Virus record (IMG/VR): IMGVR_UViG_3300020380_000001
Coordinates: 242,501-306,500 of that record
Strand: one strand, 5' to 3'
DNA length: 64,000 bases
A program made the position numbers and the translations under genes. Below are positions 47,801 through 56,108 of the stretch, in pieces. The notes under the pieces were generated by a model. That model did not search any database. It worked only from the letters and a program-made list of their open reading frames with translations, and had not been told where the DNA came from. The number at the start of each line of letters is the position of its first letter. Positions within the stretch are counted from its first letter, which is position 1.

Positions 47801-49402
47801 TAGTTTACTACCCGAGAATATTACATTCGGGATATCTTCTATACGACGGTTTTCTAAGCTGTCTGAATTATAAAGACTGAATAGCGGATCTTGGTTAACG
47901 TCATATTTTTGTTGGCCAGAGTGAAGCAAGCCAGCACGGAGCTCGCTTTCAGTTTCAAACAAACTGATGCGGTCTTCAGTCGCCTCATATACATACCAAA
48001 ATAGATCTTTGCCGCGGTCAGCTACCAGCTCGCCGTCACGTACTGTTACAATGTCATTGTTAAGGAATCTATAACGGTTATTACCTGACAATTCAGGGTG
48101 TATAACAACCGGCTCAAAGTCAAGTTGAACCATGCCTTGGCTGTCAACCGAACGGCTAATAACACGGAATACGTTGTCGCGTCCACGGTATCTACTGTTA
48201 GCTGCTGCCTTAAGTCTATCAAGGTTGTCGTCATGCCATATACGTGAGCCTTCGTTTGACTCAGATAAAGTGGTGTAGTCAGTACCGGCAATGGCGTCAA
48301 TAGGTGAACGCAATACAAACACGTTGTCAACTTTAGGATTGAACGTGCCGATGCTGTCAACAGACAAAACGTTGTCGACATAACGTAGCCAATTCGAACC
48401 AGTATGGTAAAGTTCAATATCCTTAGTGAACTCTATAATAGGCATACTAGCGCGTTCTGCAAATGTAAACAGCGATAGCTCAGTTGCTTCTTGTTCGTTT
48501 AGCGCTTTTTGCTGTGCTGTGATTGTATCAATATGCAGCCAGCCATTAGTGCGAGACCAAGGGTTTTTATCCTTTGCGCCACGCTCAATAGTAATATAGT
48601 CCTTGCCTATTACGGACTCTATGGCATCCCATGCATTAGTGTCCCAGCCATCCGGGCCATCATAAATGTTGATGTCATAAGTGTTCGGCGGAGTGCCTCG
48701 AGTTTCAACGCCGATTTTAGTAGCGTTTTCATCCCACGGCAAGTACTCCCATGGATCAACAGGCAATACTTGTTTCTCTACTTCTATAAACTCAACATAG
48801 CTACCGATGCCTTCCACGATAAATTTCTTACCAGCGTAATCACCAGCGGCAATGTTAGTAAACTCAACTACCATGCCGTTTAACATCTCAAAACCAGCAA
48901 GGGTTAAAGACGTGCTACCAATTAGACCTGCAATATCAACATCAGTTAAGTCTGATACTTTAATTGCAGGCATGTTGTTATACAAGTCAGAGAACCAGTA
49001 ATACCAAGTGTGGTTTACAAATTTGTCAACATCAATTGGCGGAGACCATACGTACTCGTCTGACTCGAACAAGCGTTCATGATTCTCGATATTGCCACCG
49101 TTACGCTGCAAATACGCAAGGAAGTCCATGTACGACTTAATATCAGTCGGCGTAGTACTTGTATCAGTGCCCGAAATTACGCCGGGCTCTAGCTGATATG
49201 CGTGTCTAAATTTGCTTAGCTCTGGTTTATAATAATCCGAAGTATTGTCATAAACACTGCCTGGACGCTGGCCAATATATGCCTGGAAATACTGTCTTTC
49301 TTGTTCACTAGATAATTGGTCTATAGTTGAACTAAACAGTTTTTCCATTACCGGGGTTCTGTTAACCGCCGGTAATTTATTGATGTTGTTATTTTTAGCC
49401 AT
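38888..49402 (-). CDS. giant baseplate wedge protein (3504 aa, gp7-like position)
   Basis: Single uninterrupted ORF directly after the gp25 and gp6-like genes; N-terminal LP...RT....K.....DQL, YQLEP, W.PPID.DKFVN...Y.W. Confidence 0.8.
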   Translation of the reverse strand: MAKNNNINKLPAVNRTPVMEKLFSSTIDQLSSEQERQYFQAYIGQRPGSVYDNTSDYYKPELSKFRHAYQLEPGVISGTDTSTTPTDIKSYMDFLAYLQRNGGNIENHERLFESDEYVWSPPIDVDKFVNHTWYYWFSDLYNNMPAIKVSDLTDVDIAGLIGSTSLTLAGFEMLNGMVVEFTNIAAGDYAGKKFIVEGIGSYVEFIEVEKQVLPVDPWEYLPWDENATKIGVETRGTPPNTYDINIYDGPDGWDTNAWDAIESVIGKDYITIERGAKDKNPWSRTNGWLHIDTITAQQKALNEQEATELSLFTFAERASMPIIEFTKDIELYHTGSNWLRYVDNVLSVDSIGTFNPKVDNVFVLRSPIDAIAGTDYTTLSESNEGSRIWHDDNLDRLKAAANSRYRGRDNVFRVISRSVDSQGMVQLDFEPVVIHPELSGNNRYRFLNNDIVTVRDGELVADRGKDLFWYVYEATEDRISLFETESELRAGLLHSGQQKYDVNQDPLFSLYNSDSLENRRIEDIPNVIFSGSKLFSYKVNEFSSVLNTEVGKYLTYTGIGQITDIVFSANLDKDRIYVQSDTESVEIPGYYYFKRYPTARNGFTSAGTYENFWSLGDKQKQPIVDQFVATDDLDTRVLTLSLVPEPTTVDIEINGERLSPDVYSVVNDQVFIDAPTSANDNITIKSRSVKTKLELKKILLSQTDYQLIHPVNYSDEVSVFHNGTKLNSSRYRIVNKRTLRFGNFPDTAQDNDTIFIQYESDEVLKDNTSAFYEVPSTLETNYNNEDVVEASVNDLMPHFLSILATHTETGAIRYGQKNQYFNSSKDVSGGKYIRQSSSNLLSVMLTANSKDMPIIPAMKQAGGDYVRFKNKFTKAVKDLSDSGDLTRISQSLDLENTSVIDRVFNEAVTTVLDGSVSYNTYNNTYMFPFGSVYEEFKLSDPTVFRRSAQMSEGFVKYDAINPTLTDISGYDDTRSTLIIIEKLLDSNAQRDYGFAERVLTEGDDYVLFGTDVYMRERYDPDTYPSDPYYRDVSTLYRELTIRVYRNLESSRIPATPSTLGLYPVFKPRYVYDESIPYPGQAPVTPPSEFNKPENGYILGHDGSKTPVYGDVRDQLLLELEKRIYNNIRDEYKENSLVDGRYTPPLLVNDIVPNQLRKTEFSRKEINEILVRPFNTWTTDNGIQWRENAQYQEGNEWTYNYDAAKVKTNMPNSWRGMYRYRYGTTTPHLTPWECLGFADRPSDWTSLYGTDYSARNTAMWDEITGVTNVRLPKSEKMGFTEIPVDDDGNLKTPYELGLVNDPALVKASTFTRDWNFGDGSPAEESWRMSSIYPFEVMRLMLLTKPAKFSDLMWDTVNITASSRSPEQIVFNETGKRVQRADLVVHGEVRDGEVVSRYGYQQWLSDYLDRNNKDVSELLGQKVRNARVQLVHKMGGFTVPENTTYKTSSINVSGDGANLNVPSENIDTVILDSEVYDVKAYSGIIVRKVRANTFRVYGYDVQSPWFKYYGKLSDARSYTIQGGGEDAPFSTYTEDKQYNIGSIIERNGTYYRAKSTHYSQVFDPTLWTALSELPKINAVSAQVYPDRDSTSELSINYGHEFTSVQDLVDFMIGYGAYLNDIGFDFEERDPVTSARRDFVQSSKQLLNWIASNWENNSLLALSPISSKVSVTFDQGYPVPVVSDKSSEFVVLNKAGLPLSRSAIVFGRTEKHISLETASEDAGIFFARFGVKDSEHVVVFDNKTVFDDVMFDGLLQQRKKRIIFDGFRSFGWSGKKEAPGYIITESGSLITNLENNTSSIRDYHNSESVLDRSGITNAARHMIGYDSKDYLTTLGLGDNAQYEFYRGMIQEKGTVTSSDKILRALDTDASENITINEEWAVKVGDFGATNNTQRFDILLSSEKVVSDPQAVLIDTPVTDHKKVHSIEIVDLEEFYATPPHIRIIPAPDDTGHIVWATAKCELSEDGRISDVTLVSSGEGYTKTPTVIVARSDSFDIGGFDTDAWDDTDIAWEDDMIATLEGLSDNDSDKDNIIVVDQDSVDSWHRRPVNTSPVDLFPKTDVIDYDMPTAGYVHIRDVNYTAFNVEQVFDYNSEPAIPSVNYTYDSEGNESVESRDTLWLARNAKDDWDVLRATELLSQQNSAVFKSGNTWYLETDVDLYDVFAREVTSEAFVLYSRLVTVDPSLDTESPRRNIAEKQVLIKPVLDETSEKETSYARRYALYRDLEGTDLTTADTVLLENADIDALDEFAPVLTMRVICFESCRFDTRNDMEVYSANSPFLEGELAWVDHAAGENDWAVYQFQGNVFVPYEVQAVVNDEVQTTVRQRETLVNTHLFDQAFLYDEKTAETLFLLPVYDPFKGLLPTVVEQNVTWRMTSDPAKYTNSDVFENVDLNNLFDQDNIGQVWWDTSKMAYLYYEQGSIYERRDYWGAVFPGSEAAVYEWIESDVPPSQYSGSGTPRNVNEYTQREVYNSATKASVIKYYFWVAGKTTIAGSLPNRTASVFQVASMILTPTKQNYIWFSPINDHKNDVDRRHRYVEVTTDYETGNFIDLGADWISDVRVFRLRDGKFYGDGHNWRVVKGGLEFDSVLEPNETFAISYQTSSYAVDGNSFVFANVSSVARNRNTAFQINYKYKETHNQDHTEWVIINEDGSDTKLPEAHWEKFIDSFTGITKPTGWDEVKQGLYNLREDGFAYTESKLTTGNVTSLLLDRYDTRFPESRGVIELNGERIYYNTRVIVDADGNESKYGKIKLIGLDRGYQDTDVVEHPVDSYVRLVYETSPDVPSQFVGSYTSSALPDLPTQIEAVTGAKSTDSYLMVPDPSLGDYEKYGNSNTPRQSWFKDVFAARKVIFQDINENIKNLRIRSDYPEWNLFLAEQEGTLWQWGVWYADGYSAENVNPTRLVKSPSELSALKSRLVTGDQVRVQPVVNANYTIYEVNSTGSFEIVAVQNETVEILPRAWTGKYSHQLRLELRLLMDLLREYIFVGDTEKYMNSAVFTAFVYVMSEQDHVDWLFKTSYVSVRQTGNTFDTPAITTPNNIELLGSYIEDVKPYRTKIRNFSSAYTVNRDDDSLVEITGLEDIVTTTTININRVWSESVSDIPPNDGSVTSLTYDEASFDRVNDVNSGRVYAIDSGEFGTFDENDPGLMSASDAGYMYIEYKPEMNQTFVVEFDVTTQVVDVMGPFVFVNGREINMFNYDATEKVLRVIVPLHEGDIVEIYDVRPSESRSFANPMTREDLMSGIAPIEVHDALVVTVETNPSHTIEYVKVTSDNLTLADVDSSTSRVYVARKVPRYNVSPGVTTEWIVEELTDFFNNVRSEPWDEFVDGEYVHGWDSTPWDTDASITFDNTTIPINSWLVIVSESSFSDANYAYRYLLDETSDHQVFVMGNASATVSSSELPSNKYSVKVEGDYTNQGNTGRFWINGEMVVYSNIAYDGTHTTFYGLKRGQLSTSIANHAPGSRIQFVSDTQYVDPDVFYTGDSFEFDSGVESFVKSSGAANPITYKYL

Positions 49403-49405
49403 AAA

Positions 49406-52400
49406 TTATGATCTTTTTCTCATATTACCTGGTGTGAGATCGTTTACAATCTCAACGTTATCAACTGTGGCAGTTGATATAAATAATTCGTTTGTTTCAG
49501 CCTGTACTTTAAACAAGTCACCAAATGTGCCAGTTGCTTTTTCAGGGACAATAACAACAGAACTAATCTTTGTAGACAAACGTTGATGTATGAATGCCGA
49601 CAATTCTGTGTAATAAAAGCTATCACCGAAATTCCAGTTAGAAATTTCAAAGTATTCATCTATAGCCTTTATAACTTCTGTTTTAATTTCGTTATCGCTT
49701 ACCACCACGCCCGGTATTTTAACTACTAGGAATTTCGCTTGGTGTTCTTTATTAGCTTGTGTTCCGAATAGAGTTTTAAACTTAGCAGGACGGAATACAA
49801 TCTCGTCACTCATCATTTTGTACTCTTTTAAATCACCAAACTGTATACCCAATTCACGCATTGTCGGGTAATCAGGAAACTCACTAGCGCTACCGTTTGA
49901 TCGCTTCCAGCTCTGCACTTGTGCGTAATATCCACTCGTCAAAACATACATATCAACTATGTTGCTTGGACTAGGATCTATACGGTGATCAGTTGGCGCA
50001 TAATGGATCCATCTAAAGTAAACAGGAAGCGTTTCATCGCTAAAGGTATTTACCGCAAATGATCTGCCCCTTTTTGCCGAATACGAAGTAGATTCAACAA
50101 TATTTGACGTAACTGTTTCACCGTCTGGAATATCATCAACATGTTTAATTAACGGCAAAATATAAAACGTATCTTCTGACTCAACATAAACAACCTTGTT
50201 CTCGAAATTACGAGCAACCGTAAATTGGGTACGTCTATCAACTGCGCCACTAGACACTATAGACGCAAACAAAGTCATATAAGAATAATCAGGCATTGTG
50301 ATCATTTTAATATTACGAATACGCTGGCCGTTAAATTCAATATTAGTCCAGTCAATTAAGTTAAGTTGGCTAGTTGCGGTAATATTAACAATGCCGCCTA
50401 CTAATACATTTTCGGACTCGTTTCCTTGATAATCAATTACAGATTCAAACGCAACTTTAGAAGCAAGTGGCACAAAGTTATCAAACGCAAGTGGGTTTTC
50501 ACTTACACCGTCGGCGTTTAAATCCGCAGGTGTTATTTCCACTCGTCGGTTATTAACTGAACCATCGTCGTTTAAGTACTGTTTTACTACGTTAAAAATA
50601 ATATCATTACCTAAACGAGCACCGTCACTATAAGTAATTGTAACGGTTGATTGCCCATCAGTTACAGGCGGTAGCGAATCCAAATCACTGTCCGATACTT
50701 TTACAAAACCGTTACTTACTTCCATAGAAATATTAGTAAACGCGCCGGTTTTAGTAAGCGTCACATTACTACTATTTCCAGGGCGAGTCATCACGATAAT
50801 ATTATCCGTAGTAACTGTGCCATTGCGCCATACTACTTTTGTTTCAGTACTCTGCAATACACCAAAAGAATCATATCTCGGTATTTTCTCTACTGTACCA
50901 GTCCAAGTTTCACTAGGGTAAGGACTCGTGTTATCGGCAGTCAGTACAATTTGGTCACGGCGTGCGCGGCCAGTATATAAATCAATTGCCGGGTTGTCAC
51001 CATCATAAAAGAATGCTGCTTGTTGGTAGCTTTCAAATACGTAACGATCACCGCGCGTAATTACTCTATATTTTGTTAGGTTATTTTCCCTAAGTGACTC
51101 AAAGTAAATTAACCAAGAGTTTTCACCTGTAATTTCAAAATCAGCATTAGGGTCAGCTATATTTTCAATAATGTACCACTGTTCTTCAGTAATATCATAG
51201 CCTAAACCAAATGACTTGGTATTAATGATATTCTCTATAATGTTAATTCCGACACTATCGGTGATATTCGAGTTGTCACCAACTGTGCTTGAAATTGTTT
51301 CATAAAGACTTGCAGTTGTTCCGTCCACTCGTTGTTTAATTCCGGTGAAATATGACGAGAAATCAATATTCATTCTAGGAATAATACGAGTTAAAATATA
51401 ACCAGCGGGTACTTCTTTACTCAGCGTAATTGGTCCACGAGTTTCATTGTCCGACGGAATACCAAAACGAGTTAGGCCGGTTACGTTCACATGTATTTTA
51501 TCAAACGAATCGTTCGGGTTTACAAATGTTAATGCCGCGCCTTGTTTGATATTAGGCAAAATACCACCATAGCTACTTGTGTCCTGCGAGGACAGGGTCA
51601 CATCACTATTACCTCGTCTAAAATATAAGTAGCCGTAGTTATATTTGCTCAAGCCAGGTTTCGTTTTCCAAAGTACCGGAACTTCGGTATCAACCACAAA
51701 TGCGTCTAAGCCTGCTTCGGGCAAATAACTCGCAAAGAAAAAGTTTCGTAAACGATAATTATCCACAAACGGTGACACACGGTTAATTAATAAATCCCGA
51801 ACTGGTATTTTATTACACTGGGATGCGGCGACAGGGATATCAAATATCTCTTGTTCTGGCTGATCACGTTCAATAAACAATACCCCGTCGTCGCCTGCTA
51901 CACTTAAATTTTTGACATGGCCTGTCGGATCCGCTGTGTTAACGTATCTACTATGGCCGGCATATGTACGGTTTACAGCGTGAAGCTTTTCAATCTCGTT
52001 GCCCTTTTGTAGAGGTAGTGAGTTGTAATCTTCACCGTTTACCATACGGTTTTGAGTGTAATACACAGCCGGTGCGCGTTGCTTAATATTCTCAGTTGTT
52101 TCGGACGGTGCGCCATTATCAACTGTATATTCCAAACTAGCAGTTACCGTAAGTGTGTAAGTTTGTTGATCCTTACCTATATAACGAAGCGCTATTTGTA
52201 TATTACTCGCGTCACTAGGGCGGATAATAACATTTTCGTTCTGTGACTGGCGGTACCATACTCGGTAGTTACCCTTCGGCATCTCGCCGTTTACACCGTC
52301 GCTGAATTTCAAACTTACCGTATCATTTAAGTTAGTAATTTCAGAATATATCTTGCGCTCGGATGCGCTTATGCCATTGTAACTAATATTCGTGCCAATA

Positions 52401-53338
52401 TCAGTCGGCACTTTAGTCCATTTCTCAATAACTTCTTGAGTTGAACGATCTATTCGCTGGAAATAAACGTCTTGGTTATTGATGTTCTGCTCATTAATAT
52501 CCAGGATGCGGTTAGGCACAGGTGATGTAAATTCAAAGCTAGACGATGTTAGGCTGCCTTGTTTGAAATATAAGAAAAACCCGTTGTTAATTGAGCTAGT
52601 ACCTTGCCCGTCATTCACATACAACATGTGGAACGGGTCAGCTGGGTCCGGGTGTCTCTCGTAAACATAACCACCATCGTCGAAGTTGGCGTTGGTGATG
52701 TTAAGTGGCAATGATCTACCGTTTACGTTAATGTCAACTGAGTAGTTATCTAGCGCGGTTTCGCTTGTGTTTACTGCGTATAATTCGGTAGTTTCTCCAC
52801 CTACTTGGCCTGACTTTAGTGGTCTACCAAATTGGTTAGTAGTTAGAAAAGCTGCGTTTAAAATACTAGTAAACTGCTCAATTGAATCACTGTTATTCGC
52901 ATCGTCCCAGTATACGTTTGTGCCTTTAAGGTTTCGTCCAGCTGAGTCATATACGTCTTGGCTGGTTGATACTGATCTAACGCGCAACAGGCCGCGAGCA
53001 GGTATGTTACGGCTAGCTTCATAACTAAGCATACGAGCAAGGCGCACAACAGAGTCACGACGCTCAGCAGTATCGAGAAAGTTTTCACGAGTGTTCATGT
53101 CAGTACGAAGCGCCATCGACGTTGTAACGAAAGCTAACAAGTCAACAATAGCAATTAGTTCTGAGCTTTCTACGAAATCGTTAAAGTCTTCCGGATAGTG
53201 CTCGTTTATATACGACAGCAAATCACGTTTGATGCCGTCGAAATCATAGTTTGTGAAGTTAACGTCTTTAAAACTGCGAAAGACTTTTAGGTAGTCCTCT
53301 GCCGCAAAAAGTGTTGATTGACGTAAGGGTTGTGACAT
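49406..53338 (-). CDS. baseplate wedge protein, T4 gp6-like
   Basis: YDFD.IK..L..Y, FNDF.ESSE, ENFLDTAERRDSV.RLA..L.Y, F.DG..G.MP, ET..NIK.RAP..Y.TQNRMV..EDY. Confidence 0.88.
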   Translation of the reverse strand: MSQPLRQSTLFAAEDYLKVFRSFKDVNFTNYDFDGIKRDLLSYINEHYPEDFNDFVESSELIAIVDLLAFVTTSMALRTDMNTRENFLDTAERRDSVVRLARMLSYEASRNIPARGLLRVRSVSTSQDVYDSAGRNLKGTNVYWDDANNSDSIEQFTSILNAAFLTTNQFGRPLKSGQVGGETTELYAVNTSETALDNYSVDINVNGRSLPLNITNANFDDGGYVYERHPDPADPFHMLYVNDGQGTSSINNGFFLYFKQGSLTSSSFEFTSPVPNRILDINEQNINNQDVYFQRIDRSTQEVIEKWTKVPTDIGTNISYNGISASERKIYSEITNLNDTVSLKFSDGVNGEMPKGNYRVWYRQSQNENVIIRPSDASNIQIALRYIGKDQQTYTLTVTASLEYTVDNGAPSETTENIKQRAPAVYYTQNRMVNGEDYNSLPLQKGNEIEKLHAVNRTYAGHSRYVNTADPTGHVKNLSVAGDDGVLFIERDQPEQEIFDIPVAASQCNKIPVRDLLINRVSPFVDNYRLRNFFFASYLPEAGLDAFVVDTEVPVLWKTKPGLSKYNYGYLYFRRGNSDVTLSSQDTSSYGGILPNIKQGAALTFVNPNDSFDKIHVNVTGLTRFGIPSDNETRGPITLSKEVPAGYILTRIIPRMNIDFSSYFTGIKQRVDGTTASLYETISSTVGDNSNITDSVGINIIENIINTKSFGLGYDITEEQWYIIENIADPNADFEITGENSWLIYFESLRENNLTKYRVITRGDRYVFESYQQAAFFYDGDNPAIDLYTGRARRDQIVLTADNTSPYPSETWTGTVEKIPRYDSFGVLQSTETKVVWRNGTVTTDNIIVMTRPGNSSNVTLTKTGAFTNISMEVSNGFVKVSDSDLDSLPPVTDGQSTVTITYSDGARLGNDIIFNVVKQYLNDDGSVNNRRVEITPADLNADGVSENPLAFDNFVPLASKVAFESVIDYQGNESENVLVGGIVNITATSQLNLIDWTNIEFNGQRIRNIKMITMPDYSYMTLFASIVSSGAVDRRTQFTVARNFENKVVYVESEDTFYILPLIKHVDDIPDGETVTSNIVESTSYSAKRGRSFAVNTFSDETLPVYFRWIHYAPTDHRIDPSPSNIVDMYVLTSGYYAQVQSWKRSNGSASEFPDYPTMRELGIQFGDLKEYKMMSDEIVFRPAKFKTLFGTQANKEHQAKFLVVKIPGVVVSDNEIKTEVIKAIDEYFEISNWNFGDSFYYTELSAFIHQRLSTKISSVVIVPEKATGTFGDLFKVQAETNELFISTATVDNVEIVNDLTPGNMRKRS

Positions 53339-53342
53339 GCTG

Positions 53343-53708
53343 TTAAATTCCTGTATTTTCCGTATATTCTAGGTATAATTGGTCGGTTGTTCCCAACGGA
53401 TCGTAATTGATTGTTGCCGATATCAAGATAGAATGATCGCCTACTTGTATTGACACTGACACCACAGTTACACGCGGGTCTCTGCGCAGTATTAATCTGA
53501 CTTCATCTTCTATGGCGTCTACTACTGCCTGTTCGTTTGGTTCCCCCAAATACAGGTGCAGGTTAGACCCGTAACTAACGTTACCGATCCTTGATCCACG
53601 TCGGGTTGTCAATTCATTTAGAATATCGCGCTTCACTAATTCGGCATCCGTTAAAGTATACGGTCCCGAAGTTTTGTTAATTGTACTGAGTCCTTTGAAT
53701 CTAGCCAT
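53343..53708 (-). CDS. baseplate wedge subunit, T4 gp25-like
   Basis: LTD..LVKRDILN.L.TR.G.R....YGS.L...L.EP...DPRV. Confidence 0.9.
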   Translation of the reverse strand: MARFKGLSTINKTSGPYTLTDAELVKRDILNELTTRRGSRIGNVSYGSNLHLYLGEPNEQAVVDAIEDEVRLILRRDPRVTVVSVSIQVGDHSILISATINYDPLGTTDQLYLEYTENTGI

Positions 53709-53734
53709 AGTCCTGATATCTTGCTCTTTAAGGA

Positions 53735-53793
53735 TATTTAGTTGAAAAAAAATTCAAAAATATCTTGACAGGATATTACTTTGGCACTATTAT
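53735..53793. promoter_or_regulatory. back-to-back promoters: late CTAAATA (minus, gp25 operon) and strong sigma70 (plus)
   Basis: TATTTAG 53735-53741; TTGACA (53765)-17 nt-TATTAT (53788) with A-tract UP element. Confidence 0.75.
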
Positions 53794-53840
53794 AGTTTTT
53801 ACTTTTTTACTTTTCCACAATAATAAGAGGTTTAAAACCC

Positions 53841-54104
53841 ATGTCAGTTAAAAAGTTAGCACAAGAGATCACTGATCTTCACTCTCGCTTTGCAGACTAC
53901 AACAAGAAACACCCTGGCCGTCGGTTCCATATCATCAGAACCGGTAACAGCAACCGCCCACAGTTGCACTGGATTATTAATGAATTCGGTGTTTACGATT
54001 CAAAGTCAAAGAAGTACATTCTGGCGTACATTAATCACTTTGATGCTCCTAGCGCAGTTGAAGAAATGCGCGAATTGATCACTTCGGCTGAAAAGGAAAA
54101 GTAA
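53841..54104 (+). CDS. hypothetical protein (87 aa), stand-alone cassette opposite to the baseplate genes
   Basis: GAGG SD, own sigma70 promoter and terminator. Confidence 0.8.
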   Translation: MSVKKLAQEITDLHSRFADYNKKHPGRRFHIIRTGNSNRPQLHWIINEFGVYDSKSKKYILAYINHFDAPSAVEEMRELITSAEKEK

Positions 54105-54118
54105 GTCGAAGTTTACGT

Positions 54119-54147
54119 AAAAAAGGCGCTTTTAAGCGCCTTTTTTT
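54119..54147. terminator. bidirectional intrinsic terminator
   Basis: AAAAAAGGCGCTT-TT-AAGCGCCTTTTTT between convergent genes. Confidence 0.88.
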
Positions 54148-56107
54148 ATCCCCGTTTGTCCGTCTTATAGTCAGGATACCATTTTTCTACATCACCTGTA
54201 TTTTCATGCTCCCTGCACGGTTCACGTGTCATAAATCGTTTAACGATTGTTTTGATTTCTTCCGACATGTAACTCAACGAAAATACCTTATTACCGTCGG
54301 GTTTTAGTTCGCCCAATACGTTGTATTTTTCATTTAATTCAGCAAGTTGTATTTCATCGGGTTCGACAGGATCAACAACCATTTCTTCGTTTACGTCTGA
54401 TCCAGTGCCGGCAGCGCCTACGCCAGATGCGCCCGGCGACACAACGGCAGCAAGGAAGTTAGGTGCACCGTTACCATCTAAAGTGTCTTTAACGTTCTGT
54501 GCCAGTACCGAGCCAGCCAAGTGCGTTGTGCCTTGCAAGCCTATTTTGCCAGCGTTAAGACCTACTTCTGAAGCATCTATGGTAGATTTTCCGCTTGATG
54601 TAACCCCAACGGTACCGTCAGTGGTAATACCTATTGACCCTGCCATGTTTATAGTTGAACCAGAGCTCTTAATAGTTGTAGTATCACCAGTCACGCGCAA
54701 TGACGGTGTCTTAGTTGTTATGTGCTGGTCTACTTCTGTAACTGAGTTGCCTTCTATTTTTACGGTTACGTTTGCTTCTGAGTATGTATATGAATCCATT
54801 CTGTAAATTGTATGGGTGTTTTTACGGTACTCGGTTTTTACTTCATCTTGGTAAACAAAGTTCGATTTCTTCTTGATGTCACTACGCAGATCGTTTTCAA
54901 CATAAATGTCATAATCATTATTAGCCTGTATCTTAATGTTGCCGCCAGCGCCTTCTAGTTCCTCAGCAACTTCGCCTTTATCAGACCCTTTGTAGTCTTT
55001 AGCGGCTTTCAATTGCATATCGCGTCCAGCTTCAATATTAATATCCCTGTCAGCACGCAGGTTAAGGTCTTCATGGCTTCGAACACTTACTGATTTTGCA
55101 CTGAAGATATCCACATTACCTGTTTCACTTAATTGTATCCAGGCATTACCATCACGGTTATTAATGTAAACAATGCCGTCAGTTTCACCTATATAAATTT
55201 GTGCGCCTGAACGGGTGCGTAACCTCACAAACTCCGAGCCTTCTTCATCACTCAAAACAAATTGTGATCCACCCTTTCTACGGATAGGTATTTCTTGGGT
55301 GTCTTCTAGCTCAGGATCTAGTTGATGCTTGGTGGTTGACTTATATATTGCCTCGCTCTTAGACTGTGAGAAACTAGGCTTATTACCCTTTACAGCATAA
55401 TATTCTGCATCAGCTGCGGGGTCAGTTATGCGTGGGCCAGGCGTATTCATGCCATATATTTCGGCAGCGTTTGAAGTCATAGAACCAACACTCGTAGGCC
55501 CTCTAACTTGGTCATGTATCAAACCACTTTTACGCAACCCTGCAGACAAATACGGTTGAATAGGACGATTCTCATCTCTAAAACTCTCTGTAACAGCCGA
55601 ATAAAGTTTATTGTACTCCGCAACGGGCAACGGTGTACTTTCTGAATTGGTGCTGTCATAGAACCCGTCACGTCTTTTATTGGGTTCTTTGGCTGTAACA
55701 GCGGGTACCATATTATGTGAGTGGGCTTCCGGTATACAAGCGAACCAATATGCTCTGGTAGTTTTACCCACAGCCAACGCAATTAATACTTGGTTATTAA
55801 TATCAGGCGGCACAGCCCAAAAGCCGTAGCTGGACTGAGTATCAACATACGACTGGTGATCGTTACCAATCCAGTCTAGCGGGGTGGATCCGGCGAAAGG
55901 ACTTGCGTAATGGCACTTTATCCAACCGTTTCTGTCGCTGGGTGCTGATCCCGAAAGCTCAGGCACGTACACCATTAAGCTGCCGTTTCTACGAATATCA
56001 CGGTTGTCCTTAACTTGCCCTACATAAATGCTTTGGTTGTTTTTACCGGGATAATGATCACTAGCATCAGTAATCATATCCGGCTTGTTATTCTTTACAC
56101 TTCTCAT
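54146..56107 (-). CDS. baseplate central spike, gp5/VgrG-like (OB fold plus beta-helix, no lysozyme domain evident)
   Basis: G.VKDN.D..R.G.L.VYVP, YASPF.G, SYGFW.VPPD....VL, RLRTRSG.QI, beta-helix-like repeats. Confidence 0.82.
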   Translation of the reverse strand: MRSVKNNKPDMITDASDHYPGKNNQSIYVGQVKDNRDIRRNGSLMVYVPELSGSAPSDRNGWIKCHYASPFAGSTPLDWIGNDHQSYVDTQSSYGFWAVPPDINNQVLIALAVGKTTRAYWFACIPEAHSHNMVPAVTAKEPNKRRDGFYDSTNSESTPLPVAEYNKLYSAVTESFRDENRPIQPYLSAGLRKSGLIHDQVRGPTSVGSMTSNAAEIYGMNTPGPRITDPAADAEYYAVKGNKPSFSQSKSEAIYKSTTKHQLDPELEDTQEIPIRRKGGSQFVLSDEEGSEFVRLRTRSGAQIYIGETDGIVYINNRDGNAWIQLSETGNVDIFSAKSVSVRSHEDLNLRADRDINIEAGRDMQLKAAKDYKGSDKGEVAEELEGAGGNIKIQANNDYDIYVENDLRSDIKKKSNFVYQDEVKTEYRKNTHTIYRMDSYTYSEANVTVKIEGNSVTEVDQHITTKTPSLRVTGDTTTIKSSGSTINMAGSIGITTDGTVGVTSSGKSTIDASEVGLNAGKIGLQGTTHLAGSVLAQNVKDTLDGNGAPNFLAAVVSPGASGVGAAGTGSDVNEEMVVDPVEPDEIQLAELNEKYNVLGELKPDGNKVFSLSYMSEEIKTIVKRFMTREPCREHENTGDVEKWYPDYKTDKRG

Positions 56108-56108
56108 A

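Noticed and set aside
38888-53338. Inteins, introns or stop-codon recoding explaining the very long ORFs
   Set aside because: No intein or homing-endonuclease motifs seen; TAA, TAG and TGA all terminate genes normally in this window
54146-56107. T4 gp5-type tail lysozyme domain
   Set aside because: No lysozyme catalytic motif recognisable between the OB fold and the beta-helix
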